64,000 bases of DNA from an uncultured delta proteobacterium (GTDB taxonomy: Bacteria > Myxococcota_A > UBA9160 > SMWR01), in NCBI GenBank assembly GCA_963832165.1, contig CAWHTE010000001.1, positions 83,855-147,854 on the forward strand, written 5' to 3'. The translations under genes were made by a program, and so were the position numbers. The notes under the pieces were generated by a model. That model did not search any database. It was not told the DNA's origin and worked only from the letters and a program-made list of their open reading frames with translations. Positions 10,041-19,212 of this stretch are shown piece by piece. The first letter of the stretch is position 1, and the number at the start of each line of letters is the position of its first letter.

Positions 10041-11114
10041 ATGAAGCGCCGATCGTGCGTCTTCGGCTCGGTGGCGATCAGTCTCTGCTTGGGGGGCGGT
10101 CCGATCGCCGCGGAGGAATCCGCGCCGGCGCCCGAGATCGTCGAGGAGGAATCGGCGCCCGTGCCGGAGGTTGCCGCGCCCGTCGCCGCGGCGGAGGACA
10201 CCGGAGCCGGCAACGCGGGCAGCCGGGGGTTCCATATCGTCGGCGAGCTCCTGATCGTCCAGCCCACGCTCGACGACAGCTACTTCGTGTTGACCGCACC
10301 GAGCTCGAACGTCCCGAGCGGACAGCGCAAGAACAACGAGTACGACGGCGAGCCCGCGTTCCGCTTCGGGGTCGGCTACGCGGTCGGCGACACGGGCCGC
10401 GAGCTCGAGCTCGGCTACACGTGGATCGACGCCGAGGCGTCGGAGACGGTCGGTGGGACCAATCTGTCGGCGGCGCTCGGGAGCCCCGACTTCGCCAGCT
10501 CGTTCGAAGACTACGCCGGGGTCGCGTCGGCCGATTCCGAGTTCTCGTTCCAGCGCATCGACGCGCAGGTGATCCAGTCGTGGGACCTCTCGGACGCGGA
10601 GTTCAACCTCCGGTTCGGCGTCGAGTGGGTCGACTTCCGCGTCTCCGAGGAATACGTGTTCGTGAACGCAGTGACGGCGGGCCTGGTCCATGGCGCGTCG
10701 CGCAGCTGGGGCATCGGCCCCGACGTCGGTATCGGTCTCCGCTACGACATCTGTCAGGCGTGCGGCATTCCGGGCGTGTTCTCGCTGAACCTGGGCTCCT
10801 CGGTTGGACTCGTGCTCGGCGAGACCCACTCGCGCACGACCGAGCTGATCACGGGAGTCGCCCCGAACGCGGTGCGCGACGACGAGACCTCGCGCGTGAT
10901 CCCGTCGCTGCACGCGCGCGGCGGATTCAGCTACGCGGTTCCGGTCGCGGAGCGCGTCGGCCTTTCGGTCAACGTCGGCTACCAGATCGACAGCTATCTC
11001 GACGGCGCCCGGCGCATCGCGTTCGTGGACGACGTCGCGGACGGGCTCGCCTCGACCGACAGCTACGACGTGAGCGTGCAGGGGCTCTACGCGTCGCTGG
11101 GTGTCGTGTTCTAG
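10041..11114 (+). CDS. Outer-membrane beta-barrel protein (Legionella MOMP-like family is my guess)
   Basis: The motif GGGGAGGAA precedes ATG 10041. There is a signal peptide, an acidic Pro/Ala linker, alternating beta-strand pattern, and a C-terminal aromatic end LGVVF. Confidence 0.7.
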   Translation: MKRRSCVFGSVAISLCLGGGPIAAEESAPAPEIVEEESAPVPEVAAPVAAAEDTGAGNAGSRGFHIVGELLIVQPTLDDSYFVLTAPSSNVPSGQRKNNEYDGEPAFRFGVGYAVGDTGRELELGYTWIDAEASETVGGTNLSAALGSPDFASSFEDYAGVASADSEFSFQRIDAQVIQSWDLSDAEFNLRFGVEWVDFRVSEEYVFVNAVTAGLVHGASRSWGIGPDVGIGLRYDICQACGIPGVFSLNLGSSVGLVLGETHSRTTELITGVAPNAVRDDETSRVIPSLHARGGFSYAVPVAERVGLSVNVGYQIDSYLDGARRIAFVDDVADGLASTDSYDVSVQGLYASLGVVF

Positions 11115-11115
11115 T

Positions 11116-11640
11116 TCACTTCACCGGGACGTAGTAGAGCCAGGCGTCCTGGTCGACCACGATGTCGATCAGGCTCCCGTTGCGCACGTCGAGATGGACG
11201 TAGATCGGGGTTCCCTTGTCGACGATGATCCCGTAGCCGGGGGGGAACGCCGTGTAGGTGTTCGTGATGTTCGAGCCGAGGTAGGTGCTGCCCGAGGTGG
11301 CACCGTAGGAGAACAAGCCCGGGCCCACGTACTTCGCGCGCGAGATGCAGCCCTGGGAGTCGGTCCCCGAGCACATGTACATCTGGGGTCGCGTGCTCAC
11401 CTCGATGTCGACGTAGAGGGCGAGGTCGGTCTGCTCGGCGAGCGATACGGCCAGGATCGCGATCTTCTGTGGGGGCACCCACACCCCGGCCTGGGCGCGG
11501 TGACAGGTCTTCCCCTTCAGACACATCCCCGTCGTGCTCTTGATCACGGCGGTCGAGAGCGGCTTCACCTGCGCCGGAGCCGGCGAGGGCAGGAGCAGCG
11601 CGAGCAGCAGCGCGAACGGCAGGCGGCGCAGTGTCGTCAT
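11116..11640 (-). CDS. Secreted hypothetical protein
   Basis: A clear signal peptide is present (MTTLRRLPFALLLALLLPSPAPAQ). The composition is not Arg/Ala biased. I recognise no family. Confidence 0.6.
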   Translation of the reverse strand: MTTLRRLPFALLLALLLPSPAPAQVKPLSTAVIKSTTGMCLKGKTCHRAQAGVWVPPQKIAILAVSLAEQTDLALYVDIEVSTRPQMYMCSGTDSQGCISRAKYVGPGLFSYGATSGSTYLGSNITNTYTAFPPGYGIIVDKGTPIYVHLDVRNGSLIDIVVDQDAWLYYVPVK

Positions 11641-11798
11641 CGCGTTGCGCGAGAGAGTATCGGGCCCGCGTCGCCTATGCTCCGGTGCGTCGCTGGCGTC
11701 CCCAGCCTGGTTTCGGCTCGGCGGGAATCCCGTAAGCGAGAGCGCCGGATGGACGAAGAGAGTGGGAGGAGCCGGAGGCGCGCCGGTGCGGCGAGACG

Positions 11799-13511
11799 AT
11801 GACCGCTGAACGGATTCCGCTCGATCGGCTCGGCTGGGCGCGCCATACCATCCAGGCGTTCGGGGCCTCGGATGTGGGCCGCCACGCCGTGCGGCTCTCC
11901 GTGTCGCTCGTGGTGCTGATGCTCGCGATCAGCGCGATGAACGTCGTGAACAGCTTCGTGGGCCGCGATTTCATGACGTCGATCGAGCAGCGCGACGCGA
12001 ACGCGTTCGTCTACATGGCGTTCGTCTACGTGGGGGTGTTCGCCGCCTCCACGGTGCTCGCGGTGTTGTTCCGCTTCTGCGAGGAGCGCCTGGGCCTGCT
12101 CTGGCGCCAGTGGCTCACGCGGGCGCTCGTGCTCGACTACCTCGGGATCGCGACGCCCTACCGCATGCGCGAAGCCGGCGAGATCGACAATCCCGACCAG
12201 CGGATCGCCGACGACGCGCGCATGTTCACGACCACCACGCTCTCGTTCGTGCTCATGGTGTTGAACGGCACGATCACGATCGTCGCGTTCGCGAGCGTGC
12301 TCTGGTCGATCACGCCGGTACTGTTCGCGGCCACGGTTGCGTACGCGGCCGCGGGATCGATCCTGACCGTGTGGCTCGGCCGACCGCTGATCGGGCTCAG
12401 CTCCACGCAATCCGACCGCGAGGCCAGCTTCCGCGCCGATCTCGTGCATGTGCGCGCCAACGCGGAATCCGTGGCGCTGCTGCGGCGCGAGGGGCGGCTG
12501 CGCACGCGCTTGTTGCGCCGTGTCGACGCGCTGACCGCGAATGCGCGGCGCATGATCGCGGTGAACCGCAACGTCTCGTTCTTCACCGCGGGCTACAACT
12601 ACCTGATCCAGATCATCCCGGCGTTGATCGTGGGCCCGCTGTTCATGCGCGGTGAGGTCGAGTTCGGAGTGATCACGCAGGCGGCGATGGCGTTCTCGCA
12701 CCTGATCGGGGCGTTCTCGCTGATCGTCACGCAGTTCCAGTCGATCTCCTCGTACGCCGCGGTGCTCACGCGCCTGCGCAACCTCTCCGAGGGCATGCAC
12801 CAGGCGGCGTCGGCGTCGCCGATCGTGTTCGTCCAGGAGAAGGACGCGCGCGTCGCGTTCGAGCACCTGACGCTGCGCTCGCCCGGCGATGGGCGCGTGC
12901 TGATCGCGGATCTCGACGTCGTGATCCCGTACGGCACGCGCGTGCTGGTGTCGGGGGAGAATCACGCGGCGAAGGTCGCGCTGTTCCGCGCGGCGGCAGG
13001 GGTGTGGAGCACCGGCGAGGGTCGCATCCGGCTGCCCGAGCCGGATCAGATCATGTTCGTGGCCGAGCGGCCGTATCTGCCGCCGGGCACGCTGCGCGAG
13101 GCGCTCCTGCGCACGGGACGCGAGATCGATCACTCCGACGAGCGGGTCCTCGCGGTGCTCGAATCGCTCGGGCTCGAAGCGGTGGTGGAGAGAGTGGGTG
13201 GACTCGACGTCGAGCGCGATTGGGACGATCTGCTCGCACTCGGCGAGCAGCAGCGCGTGGTGATCGCGCGGCTCGTGCTCGCACAGCCGCGCTTCGGCGT
13301 GCTGCACCGCATCGACACGACGCTCTCGCCCGATCAGGTGTCGAGCACGCTGCGTTTGCTCGCCGAGGCATCGCTCACCGCGATCGTGTTCGGAGGCGGG
13401 GACGGGCTCTCGGGCCATTTCGATTCCGTGCTCGAGCTCAAGAGCGACGGAAACTGGAGCTACGGACCCGCGGACCGCGGACCCGCGCAGCGCGAGCGGA
13501 GCGCGGGCTGA
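11799..13511 (+). CDS. SbmA/BacA-like (ABCD-type) ABC membrane protein with degenerate nucleotide-binding domain
   Basis: The TMD matches the SbmA/BacA/YddA pattern (NPDQRIADD, FRADLVHVR). The NBD motifs are decayed: Walker A reads SGENHAAKVA, the Q-loop reads AERPY, the signature reads LALGEQQR, Walker B reads VLHRIDTT, and the H-loop His is absent. Confidence 0.8.
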   Translation: MTAERIPLDRLGWARHTIQAFGASDVGRHAVRLSVSLVVLMLAISAMNVVNSFVGRDFMTSIEQRDANAFVYMAFVYVGVFAASTVLAVLFRFCEERLGLLWRQWLTRALVLDYLGIATPYRMREAGEIDNPDQRIADDARMFTTTTLSFVLMVLNGTITIVAFASVLWSITPVLFAATVAYAAAGSILTVWLGRPLIGLSSTQSDREASFRADLVHVRANAESVALLRREGRLRTRLLRRVDALTANARRMIAVNRNVSFFTAGYNYLIQIIPALIVGPLFMRGEVEFGVITQAAMAFSHLIGAFSLIVTQFQSISSYAAVLTRLRNLSEGMHQAASASPIVFVQEKDARVAFEHLTLRSPGDGRVLIADLDVVIPYGTRVLVSGENHAAKVALFRAAAGVWSTGEGRIRLPEPDQIMFVAERPYLPPGTLREALLRTGREIDHSDERVLAVLESLGLEAVVERVGGLDVERDWDDLLALGEQQRVVIARLVLAQPRFGVLHRIDTTLSPDQVSSTLRLLAEASLTAIVFGGGDGLSGHFDSVLELKSDGNWSYGPADRGPAQRERSAG

Positions 13512-13543
13512 CCGCGGTCGTCTTTCACCGCTGACGCGGTACC

Positions 13544-14323
13544 TTGCGACCCGTGGAGAAACCCCGCACGAGCTGGCTGCACCAGGTCGCACCGTTCGCG
13601 GTGATCGGGCTCGCGCTCGCCGCGTGGTGGGGCGCCGCCGCGCAGAGCGCGATCTTCCCGACGCCGCTCGAGGTCGTGGCGGGGATCGGCGAGCTCGCGC
13701 GCGAGGGCACGCTCGCGCGACACGTGATGGCGTCGCTGTTTCGCGTGACGGTCGGCTACGGCGCGGCGCTCGCGCTCGCGATTCCGCTCGGCAGCTTGAT
13801 GGGCTGGTACGGCGGCGTGTTCCGCGCGTTCAACCCGATGATCCAGCTGCTGCGGCCGATCTCCCCGATCGCGTGGATCCCGCTCGCGATCCTGTGGTTC
13901 GGCGTCGGCGACGAGTCGCCGACGTTCCTCATCTTCCTCTCGTCGTTCTTTCCGGTCGTGGTGGCCACCACCGCGGGCGTCCATCTCGTCGAGCGCCGCT
14001 ATGTCCAGGCCGCGCAGAACTTCGGCGTGGACGGGCTGCGCATGTTCCGCACCGTGGTGTTCCCGGCGGCGCTGCCGGAGATCGTCACGGGAATGCGGAT
14101 CGGTCTCGGCGTCGCGTGGCTCGTGGTGGTGGCAGCCGAGATGGTCGCGATCAACTCCGGGCTCGGTTACCTGATCATCGACGCGCGCAACGCGGGCACG
14201 CGCTACGACCTCGTGGTGGCGGGCATGGTGTTGATCGGCGCGATCGGCTTCGGGCTCGACCTCTCGATGCGCCGTCTCGAGCTGCTCGACGTCGTGCGCT
14301 GGCGTTACGACCGTGCCCGTTAA
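13544..14323 (+). CDS. ABC transporter permease, nitrate/sulfonate/taurine (NitT/TauT) family
   Basis: It is an inner-membrane component of about six TM helices with an SsuC/TauC-like sequence (NPMIQLLRPISPIAWIPLAILWFG). It overlaps the ATPase start by 11 nt. Confidence 0.85.
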   Translation: MRPVEKPRTSWLHQVAPFAVIGLALAAWWGAAAQSAIFPTPLEVVAGIGELAREGTLARHVMASLFRVTVGYGAALALAIPLGSLMGWYGGVFRAFNPMIQLLRPISPIAWIPLAILWFGVGDESPTFLIFLSSFFPVVVATTAGVHLVERRYVQAAQNFGVDGLRMFRTVVFPAALPEIVTGMRIGLGVAWLVVVAAEMVAINSGLGYLIIDARNAGTRYDLVVAGMVLIGAIGFGLDLSMRRLELLDVVRWRYDRAR

Positions 14324-16392
14324 GATCTCGATCCGCGATCTCTGGAAGTCGTATCCGCTCGAGGACGGCCGCCTGTCCGCGGTCGAGGACGTGAGCTTCG
14401 AGCTCGCCGACGGCGAGTTCGTATCGATCGTGGGTCCGTCGGGCTGCGGAAAATCGACGCTCCTGCACATGCTCGCGGGCTTCGAGCGGCCGGATCGCGG
14501 CGAGATCCAGATGGACGGCCGCGCGGTCGAGCGGCCGAGCCCGCGCGCGGTGCTGATCGCACAGCGCGGCTCGGTGTTCCCGTGGATGACCGTGCGGCGC
14601 AATCTGCTGTTCGGCGCGGTGCAGCGCTCTCGCGAAGAGCGCGAGGAGACGGTGCGCCGCTACATCGAGCTGGTCGGCCTCGTCGGATTCGAAGACAGCT
14701 TCCCCGGGCAGCTCTCGGGCGGGATGCTGCAGCGCGTGGAGGTTGCGCGTGCGCTGATGGCGCGCCCCGACGTGCTCTACATGGACGAGCCGTTCGGCGC
14801 GCTCGACGCGCTCACGCGCCTGCGCATGCGCTGCGAGCTGCAGAGCATCCTCGCGCGCGACCGCCACACCTGTCTGCTCGTCACGCACGACGTCGACGAG
14901 GCGCTGCACCTCTCGGACCGCGTGGTGGTGATGACGCCGCGCCCGGGGCGGATCCAGTGCGTGGTCGAGGTCGACACGCCGCACCCGCGCGCGCTCTCGA
15001 ACCCCGCGCTCGTGGCGCTGAAGCAGCGCCTGCTGCGCGAGCTGGGGGTTCCCGACGGCGAAGTCGAGCGCGACACGGCCGCGCCGCATCCGCGCGCGCC
15101 AGCGCGGCCGCGCGCGCTGCGGAGCGCGCCACCCGCATCCGATCCGTCGCCCGCGCGCGCGGACGTCGTGGTGGTCGGCGGCGGGCCCGCGGGCGCCAGT
15201 GCGGCCGCGATCCTCGCCGAGAACGGGCTCCGCGTGCTCGTGCTCGAGCGCGAGTCGTTCCCGCGCTATCACGTCGGCGAGTCGCTCCTGCCGGCGCTCT
15301 GGGAGCACTGGGATCGCCTCGGGGTGACCGAGCAGATCGAGTCCGCGGGCTTCGTCGTGAAGCAGGGGATCCGGTTCGCGCGCTCCGACGACCCCAAAGA
15401 CGTGGTGCTGCTCTCGGCGCAGTACCCGGAGTACTTCCCGCGCTCCTACACCTATCACGTCGATCGAGCGCGCTTCGACGCGCTCCTGCTCGACAACGCG
15501 CGCGCCAAGGGCGCCGACGTACGCGAGGGATGGACGGTCTCGGACGTGGTGATGGACGGACGACTGGGTGAAGGGCGTGCTCGCGGCGCCGAACGGCGAG
15601 GCACCGCGGCCGATCGCCGCCGACGTGGTGATCGATGCGACGGGCCGCGACTGCCTGATCGCGCGCCGCATGGGCTGGCGACGGCCCGATCCCTCGCTGA
15701 ACAAGGTCGCCCACTTCACGCAGTACGCGGGCGGGCGGCGCAGCAAAGTGGGAGATCTGCTGCATCCCACCGATCGGATCGCCGGCGCCACCACCACCGA
15801 CGTGCACACGGTCGACGGCGGATGGCTCTGGTACATCCCGCTGCACGGCGACGTCGTGAGCGTGGGCGCGGTGCTCGACGCGCACCGCGCGGGTCGCGTT
15901 GCGCGCGAGCCCGAGGCGGTGTTCGAAGCCGCGCTGGCCGCGTGCCCGAGGGTGCGCGCGCAGCTCGAGGGTGCGCGCCGCACGATGCCCGTGCAGACGA
16001 TCTCGGGAATCTCGTACATCAACGAGTCGTTCGCGGGCAACGGCTTCGTGCTCGTGGGCGATGCGTCGATGTTCGTCGACCCGATCTTCTCGGCGGGTGT
16101 CACGCTCGCGGTGCGCGGCGGGATCTACGCCGCCGACACGATCCTCGACGCGTTCCAGCTCCGCGACTTCAGCGCCGCGCGTCTCGCGTCGTACGAGGCG
16201 CGCATCCGCCCGCCGATGGACCGGATCTTCGAGCTGATCCGGCTCTGGTACGACGGCATCGATCGCCCGGACGACATGATCCGCCGCTCGCGCGACCTGC
16301 CCTGGCTGCGCGAGCGCCTCGTCGTGCTGCTCTCGGGCGGCTACGACAAGATGGACCTCGAGTCGTTTGCGCGCGCGCTGCGCGCATCGTGA
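14313..16392 (+). pseudogene. NitT/TauT-type ABC ATPase fused in frame to a flavin-dependent halogenase-like domain; halogenase part frame-switched at GGG 15566-15568 as assembled
   Basis: The ATPase part carries GPSGCGKST, LSGGMLQR and LYMDEPFGALD, and ends at about 15060. A 35-aa Pro/Ala linker with no stop follows. Then come VVVVGGGPAGAS and FPRYHVGESL. The rest (GGWLWYIPL matching WxWxIP, and FVDPIFSAGV) is in ORF 15568..16392. Removing one G gives DGRLVKGVLAAP. Confidence 0.75.
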
Positions 16393-16399
16393 GGCGCGC

Positions 16400-17263
16400 A
16401 TGATCGTCGGGCGAGTGAAGGAGATCTGGCGCTACCCCGTGAAGTCGATGGCGGGGGAGCGCCTGGAGCGCAGCGCGATCGATCGGGGCGGGTTGCCCGG
16501 CGACCGCTCGTGGGCCACGCGCGACGAGAGGCGCGGAGGGATCCGCGGCGCGAAGAAGATCCCGGACCTGATGCGCTGCCACGCGCGCTTCGTCGAGCCG
16601 CCGACGCGACAGCGGCCCGGCGCTCCCGAGATCACGCTGCCCGACGGGTCACGCCTGCGCGCGGATGCGCCCGACGCCGCTGCGCGCGTCTCCGCTGCGG
16701 TGGGCAACGAGGTCACCCTGTGGCCGCTCCAGCCCGCCGATGCGCTCGACCACTACCGCCGCGGCGCGCCCGATCACGCCGACGTCGCGACCGAGCTGCG
16801 CGCGATGTTCGGCCGCGAGCCGGACGAGCCGCTGCCGAACCTCGGCGCTTTCCCTCCCGAGCTGATGCAGTACGAGTCGCCGCCGGGAACCTACTTCGAC
16901 GCGTTCCCACTGCTGCTGCTCACGACCGCCTCGCTCGCGCGGCTGGCGCAGGCGGCGCCGCAATCGCGCGTCGACGTGCGGCGCTTCCGGCCCAACCTGC
17001 TGATCGAGACGCCGCCCGATCTCGAGGGATACGTCGAGAGCGCGTGGGCGGGCCGCAAGCTGCGCGTGGGTGGGCTGGAGATCGAGTGCACGCTCGCGTG
17101 CCCGCGCTGCGTGATGATCACGCACGGCTTCGACGATCTGCCAAAGGACCCCGCGATCATGCGCGCCGTCGTACGCGACGCGGACCAGTCGATGGGCGTC
17201 TACGCGCGCGCGCTCGGTGCCGCGCGCGTCGCGATCGACGATGTGGTGGAGCTCGTCGAGTAG
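16400..17263 (+). CDS. MOSC domain-containing protein (MOSC_N beta-barrel plus MOSC)
   Basis: The start MIVGRVKEIWRYPVKSMAGE resembles the MOSC N-terminal domain. The conserved Cys region LACPRCVMIT is present. ATG 16400 is in frame in ORF 16367..17263. Confidence 0.85.
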   Translation: MIVGRVKEIWRYPVKSMAGERLERSAIDRGGLPGDRSWATRDERRGGIRGAKKIPDLMRCHARFVEPPTRQRPGAPEITLPDGSRLRADAPDAAARVSAAVGNEVTLWPLQPADALDHYRRGAPDHADVATELRAMFGREPDEPLPNLGAFPPELMQYESPPGTYFDAFPLLLLTTASLARLAQAAPQSRVDVRRFRPNLLIETPPDLEGYVESAWAGRKLRVGGLEIECTLACPRCVMITHGFDDLPKDPAIMRAVVRDADQSMGVYARALGAARVAIDDVVELVE

Positions 17264-17307
17264 CCTAGGACGGGACGGGCGCTCGGGACGCTCGAAAAAC
17301 TAACAGT

Positions 17308-18164
17308 ATGGCCGGCAAGCTGCTCCTTATCGCTGGCGCGGTCGCGCTTCTGGTGAGTGCAGGGGTCGTCTGGGCGCTCGGGTCTGCGCTCTCTGCTGCG
17401 GCGCCGCGGGAGATCGGCGCGCCACCGGCCGGTCTCGACGCGCAGCCGTGCTTCCGAGCGAGTCGGGCAGCTCGATCCATTGCTGGATTGCGCACGGCCG
17501 CACGGGCGGTGGAGGCGTCGTGCTCGCCCATTCCGTACGCTCGAATCGCCTCGAGCTGGTCGGGCGCGCTCGGTTCCTGCAAGCTGCGGGATATGCGGTG
17601 CTGCTCTTCGACGCCCAGGCGCACGGTGAGAGTCCCGGCGAGTACATCACGTTCGGCCACCTCGAGTCGCGCGACGCAGCAGCGGCAGTGGCCTTCGTGC
17701 GCGATCGGATTCCACACGAGAGGATCGCCTACCTGGGAGTGTCGCAGGGCGGCGCCGCGGCGCTGCTCGCGTCCCCCCCACTGCCCGTCGATGCGCTGGT
17801 TATCGAGGCGGTCTATCCCACGCTGCGCGACGCGGTCCGCGACCGCATCGCGATCCGCGCCGGCCCGCTGGCGCATCTGCTCGCGCCGCTGCTGCTAGGC
17901 CAGGTCTACCTGCGGCTGGGTGTCGCTGCGGACGCGATCGCTCCGATCGAGGGGATCCGTCGCATCCGCGCCCCGCTGCTTCTTGTCGCCGGGGAGGTGG
18001 ACCGCCATACGCGACTCGAAGAATCGCGGGCGCTCTTCGCCGCAGCGCCCGAGCCGAAGACGCTCTGGGTGATCCCGGGCGCCGCGCACCAGAGCTTCCA
18101 CGCGTTCACCCGGGTGGAATACGAGCGGCGCGTGCTCGACTTTCTCGCGCGCACGCTTCGCTAG
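17308..18164 (+). pseudogene. Membrane-anchored alpha/beta hydrolase; frame switch near 17440-17450 as assembled
   Basis: The N-terminal TM helix MAGKLLLIAGAVALLVSAGVVWALG lies in ORF 17308..17898. The catalytic body lies in ORF 17448..18164, with the nucleophile elbow GVSQGG and GAAHQSF. Confidence 0.75.
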
Positions 18165-18396
18165 CGCCACTTCGAGAAGAGCCAGAGCGCGACGGAGAGC
18201 ACGGCGCTCACGAGCGGTCTGCTCGCAATGCACGACCGAGGGAGCCCACATGGGTGAGCATATGGCTCCTCGCCAGCGCTTGCGGTCGCTGAAGAGATTT
18301 GGTGCGCTGTATTGCTTCGAGGCAGAAGATCTGGGTGGCCTCCGCGTCGACTAACGTCTAATGGCGACGACTAATGCACAATTTATCGACGGCCTA

Positions 18397-18425
18397 TTGA
18401 TCCGAGTGGATCATCGCCCTAATCT
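18397..18425 (+). promoter_or_regulatory. Candidate sigma70-type promoter of the transposase gene
   Basis: TTGATC (18397-18402) is followed by a 17-nt spacer and TAATCT (18420-18425). The ATG lies 8 nt downstream, which would give a near-leaderless transcript. Confidence 0.3.
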
Positions 18426-18433
18426 ACACTTCG

Positions 18434-19117
18434 ATGCGTCGTGTAGCGGAACAGCTCGAGCTAGATCCGGTCCGACATGGGGGTCGAAGACCGAGCGCCG
18501 GGCGGAAGGCAGGGCCGAATCCGCGCATTCGACATCGGTCGCGAGGCGCGTTTGCGCATCGCGTTCCTTGTCACGTGACTTTGAAGGTCCGCGAAGGGAT
18601 TCCGTCGCTGCGCACCGTCCGACTCGTGCGCGAGCTCGAGCGTAGCTTTGCCGCCAGCTGCGAGCGGAACGACTTTCGGCTGGTCCACTATTCGATCCAG
18701 GGAAACCATGCGCACCTGATCGTCGAAGCGGACAGCGAAGCTGCACTCGGCCGCGGGATGAAGGCGATCGGTTCACGGCTCGCTAGATCAGTGAACCGCG
18801 TCTTCAGGCTTTCAGGACCGGTCCTGGCCGATCGGTATCACCTGCACGTGCTCCGCACGCCGCGCGAGGTGCGAAATGGGCTCGCTTACGTGCTGTTGAA
18901 CACACGTCGGCACGCCCCGAGGGCCGGCCGCACGCTTTCGCGTGCGTACGGAATCGATCCCGCGTCGTCGGGGCGCTGGTTCGATGGATGGAGCCGTCCA
19001 TGCGGCGCCGCCGGACCCTCGAGTCCTGCACCTACCGCCTTGCCACGAAGCTGGTTGCTCGCGGTAGGATGGAGACGAGCCGGACTCATCGATCCAGACG
19101 CGATTCCGGGACGCTGA
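18434..19117 (+). CDS. IS200-like / REP-associated tyrosine transposase (Y1 HUH family)
   Basis: The HUH motif is present in YSIQGNHAHLIVEA. The catalytic Tyr region is NGLAYVLLN. The N-terminal part PCHVTLKVREGIPSLR is typical of this family. Confidence 0.8.
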   Translation: MRRVAEQLELDPVRHGGRRPSAGRKAGPNPRIRHRSRGAFAHRVPCHVTLKVREGIPSLRTVRLVRELERSFAASCERNDFRLVHYSIQGNHAHLIVEADSEAALGRGMKAIGSRLARSVNRVFRLSGPVLADRYHLHVLRTPREVRNGLAYVLLNTRRHAPRAGRTLSRAYGIDPASSGRWFDGWSRPCGAAGPSSPAPTALPRSWLLAVGWRRAGLIDPDAIPGR

Positions 19118-19145
19118 CGCCGTTCTGGTTCGATCCGCGGCCCCG

Positions 19146-19168
19146 GCCGGCCGTTCCGCCCGGCCGGC
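19146..19168. terminator. GC-rich hairpin between convergent genes
   Basis: GCCGGCCG (19146-19153) pairs with CGGCCGGC (19161-19168) across a 7-nt loop. It sits between the transposase stop (19117) and the ligase stop (19213). Confidence 0.35.
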
Positions 19169-19212
19169 GGTCCCTTTCCTCAAAGCAAAACAGCCGAACG
19201 CGCGGCAGGTAG

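Larger units (their letters stand above)
18241..19168 (+). mobile_element. Possible IS200/IS605-like or RAYT unit (transposase gene plus flanking hairpins) in a low-GC pocket
   Basis: A hairpin GGAGCC-N17-GGCTCC lies at 18241-18269, upstream of the transposase gene. A GC hairpin lies at 19146-19168, downstream. GC drops clearly in 18165-18433 relative to the flanks. The boundaries are not demonstrable from one copy. Confidence 0.3.

Noticed and set aside
11637-16103. Long minus-strand ORFs (11637-13592 and 14175-16103) opposite the ABC genes
   Set aside because: These are shadow frames with His/Arg/Glu/Asp-rich low-complexity translation. The plus strand carries transporter TM segments and Walker motifs.
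18250-18354. 34-codon ORF (MGEHMAPRQRLRSLKRFGALYCFEAEDLGGLRVD) in the low-GC pocket upstream of the transposase
   Set aside because: It is too short, has no SD and no recognisable family, and overlaps the hairpin at 18241-18269. I could not support it as a gene.
19127-19136. GGTTCGATCC, resembling a tRNA T-arm/T-loop
   Set aside because: The flanking bases do not form a T-stem (TCTGG versus CGCGG). No acceptor, D or anticodon arms can be drawn around it. It lies in the short spacer after the transposase gene.
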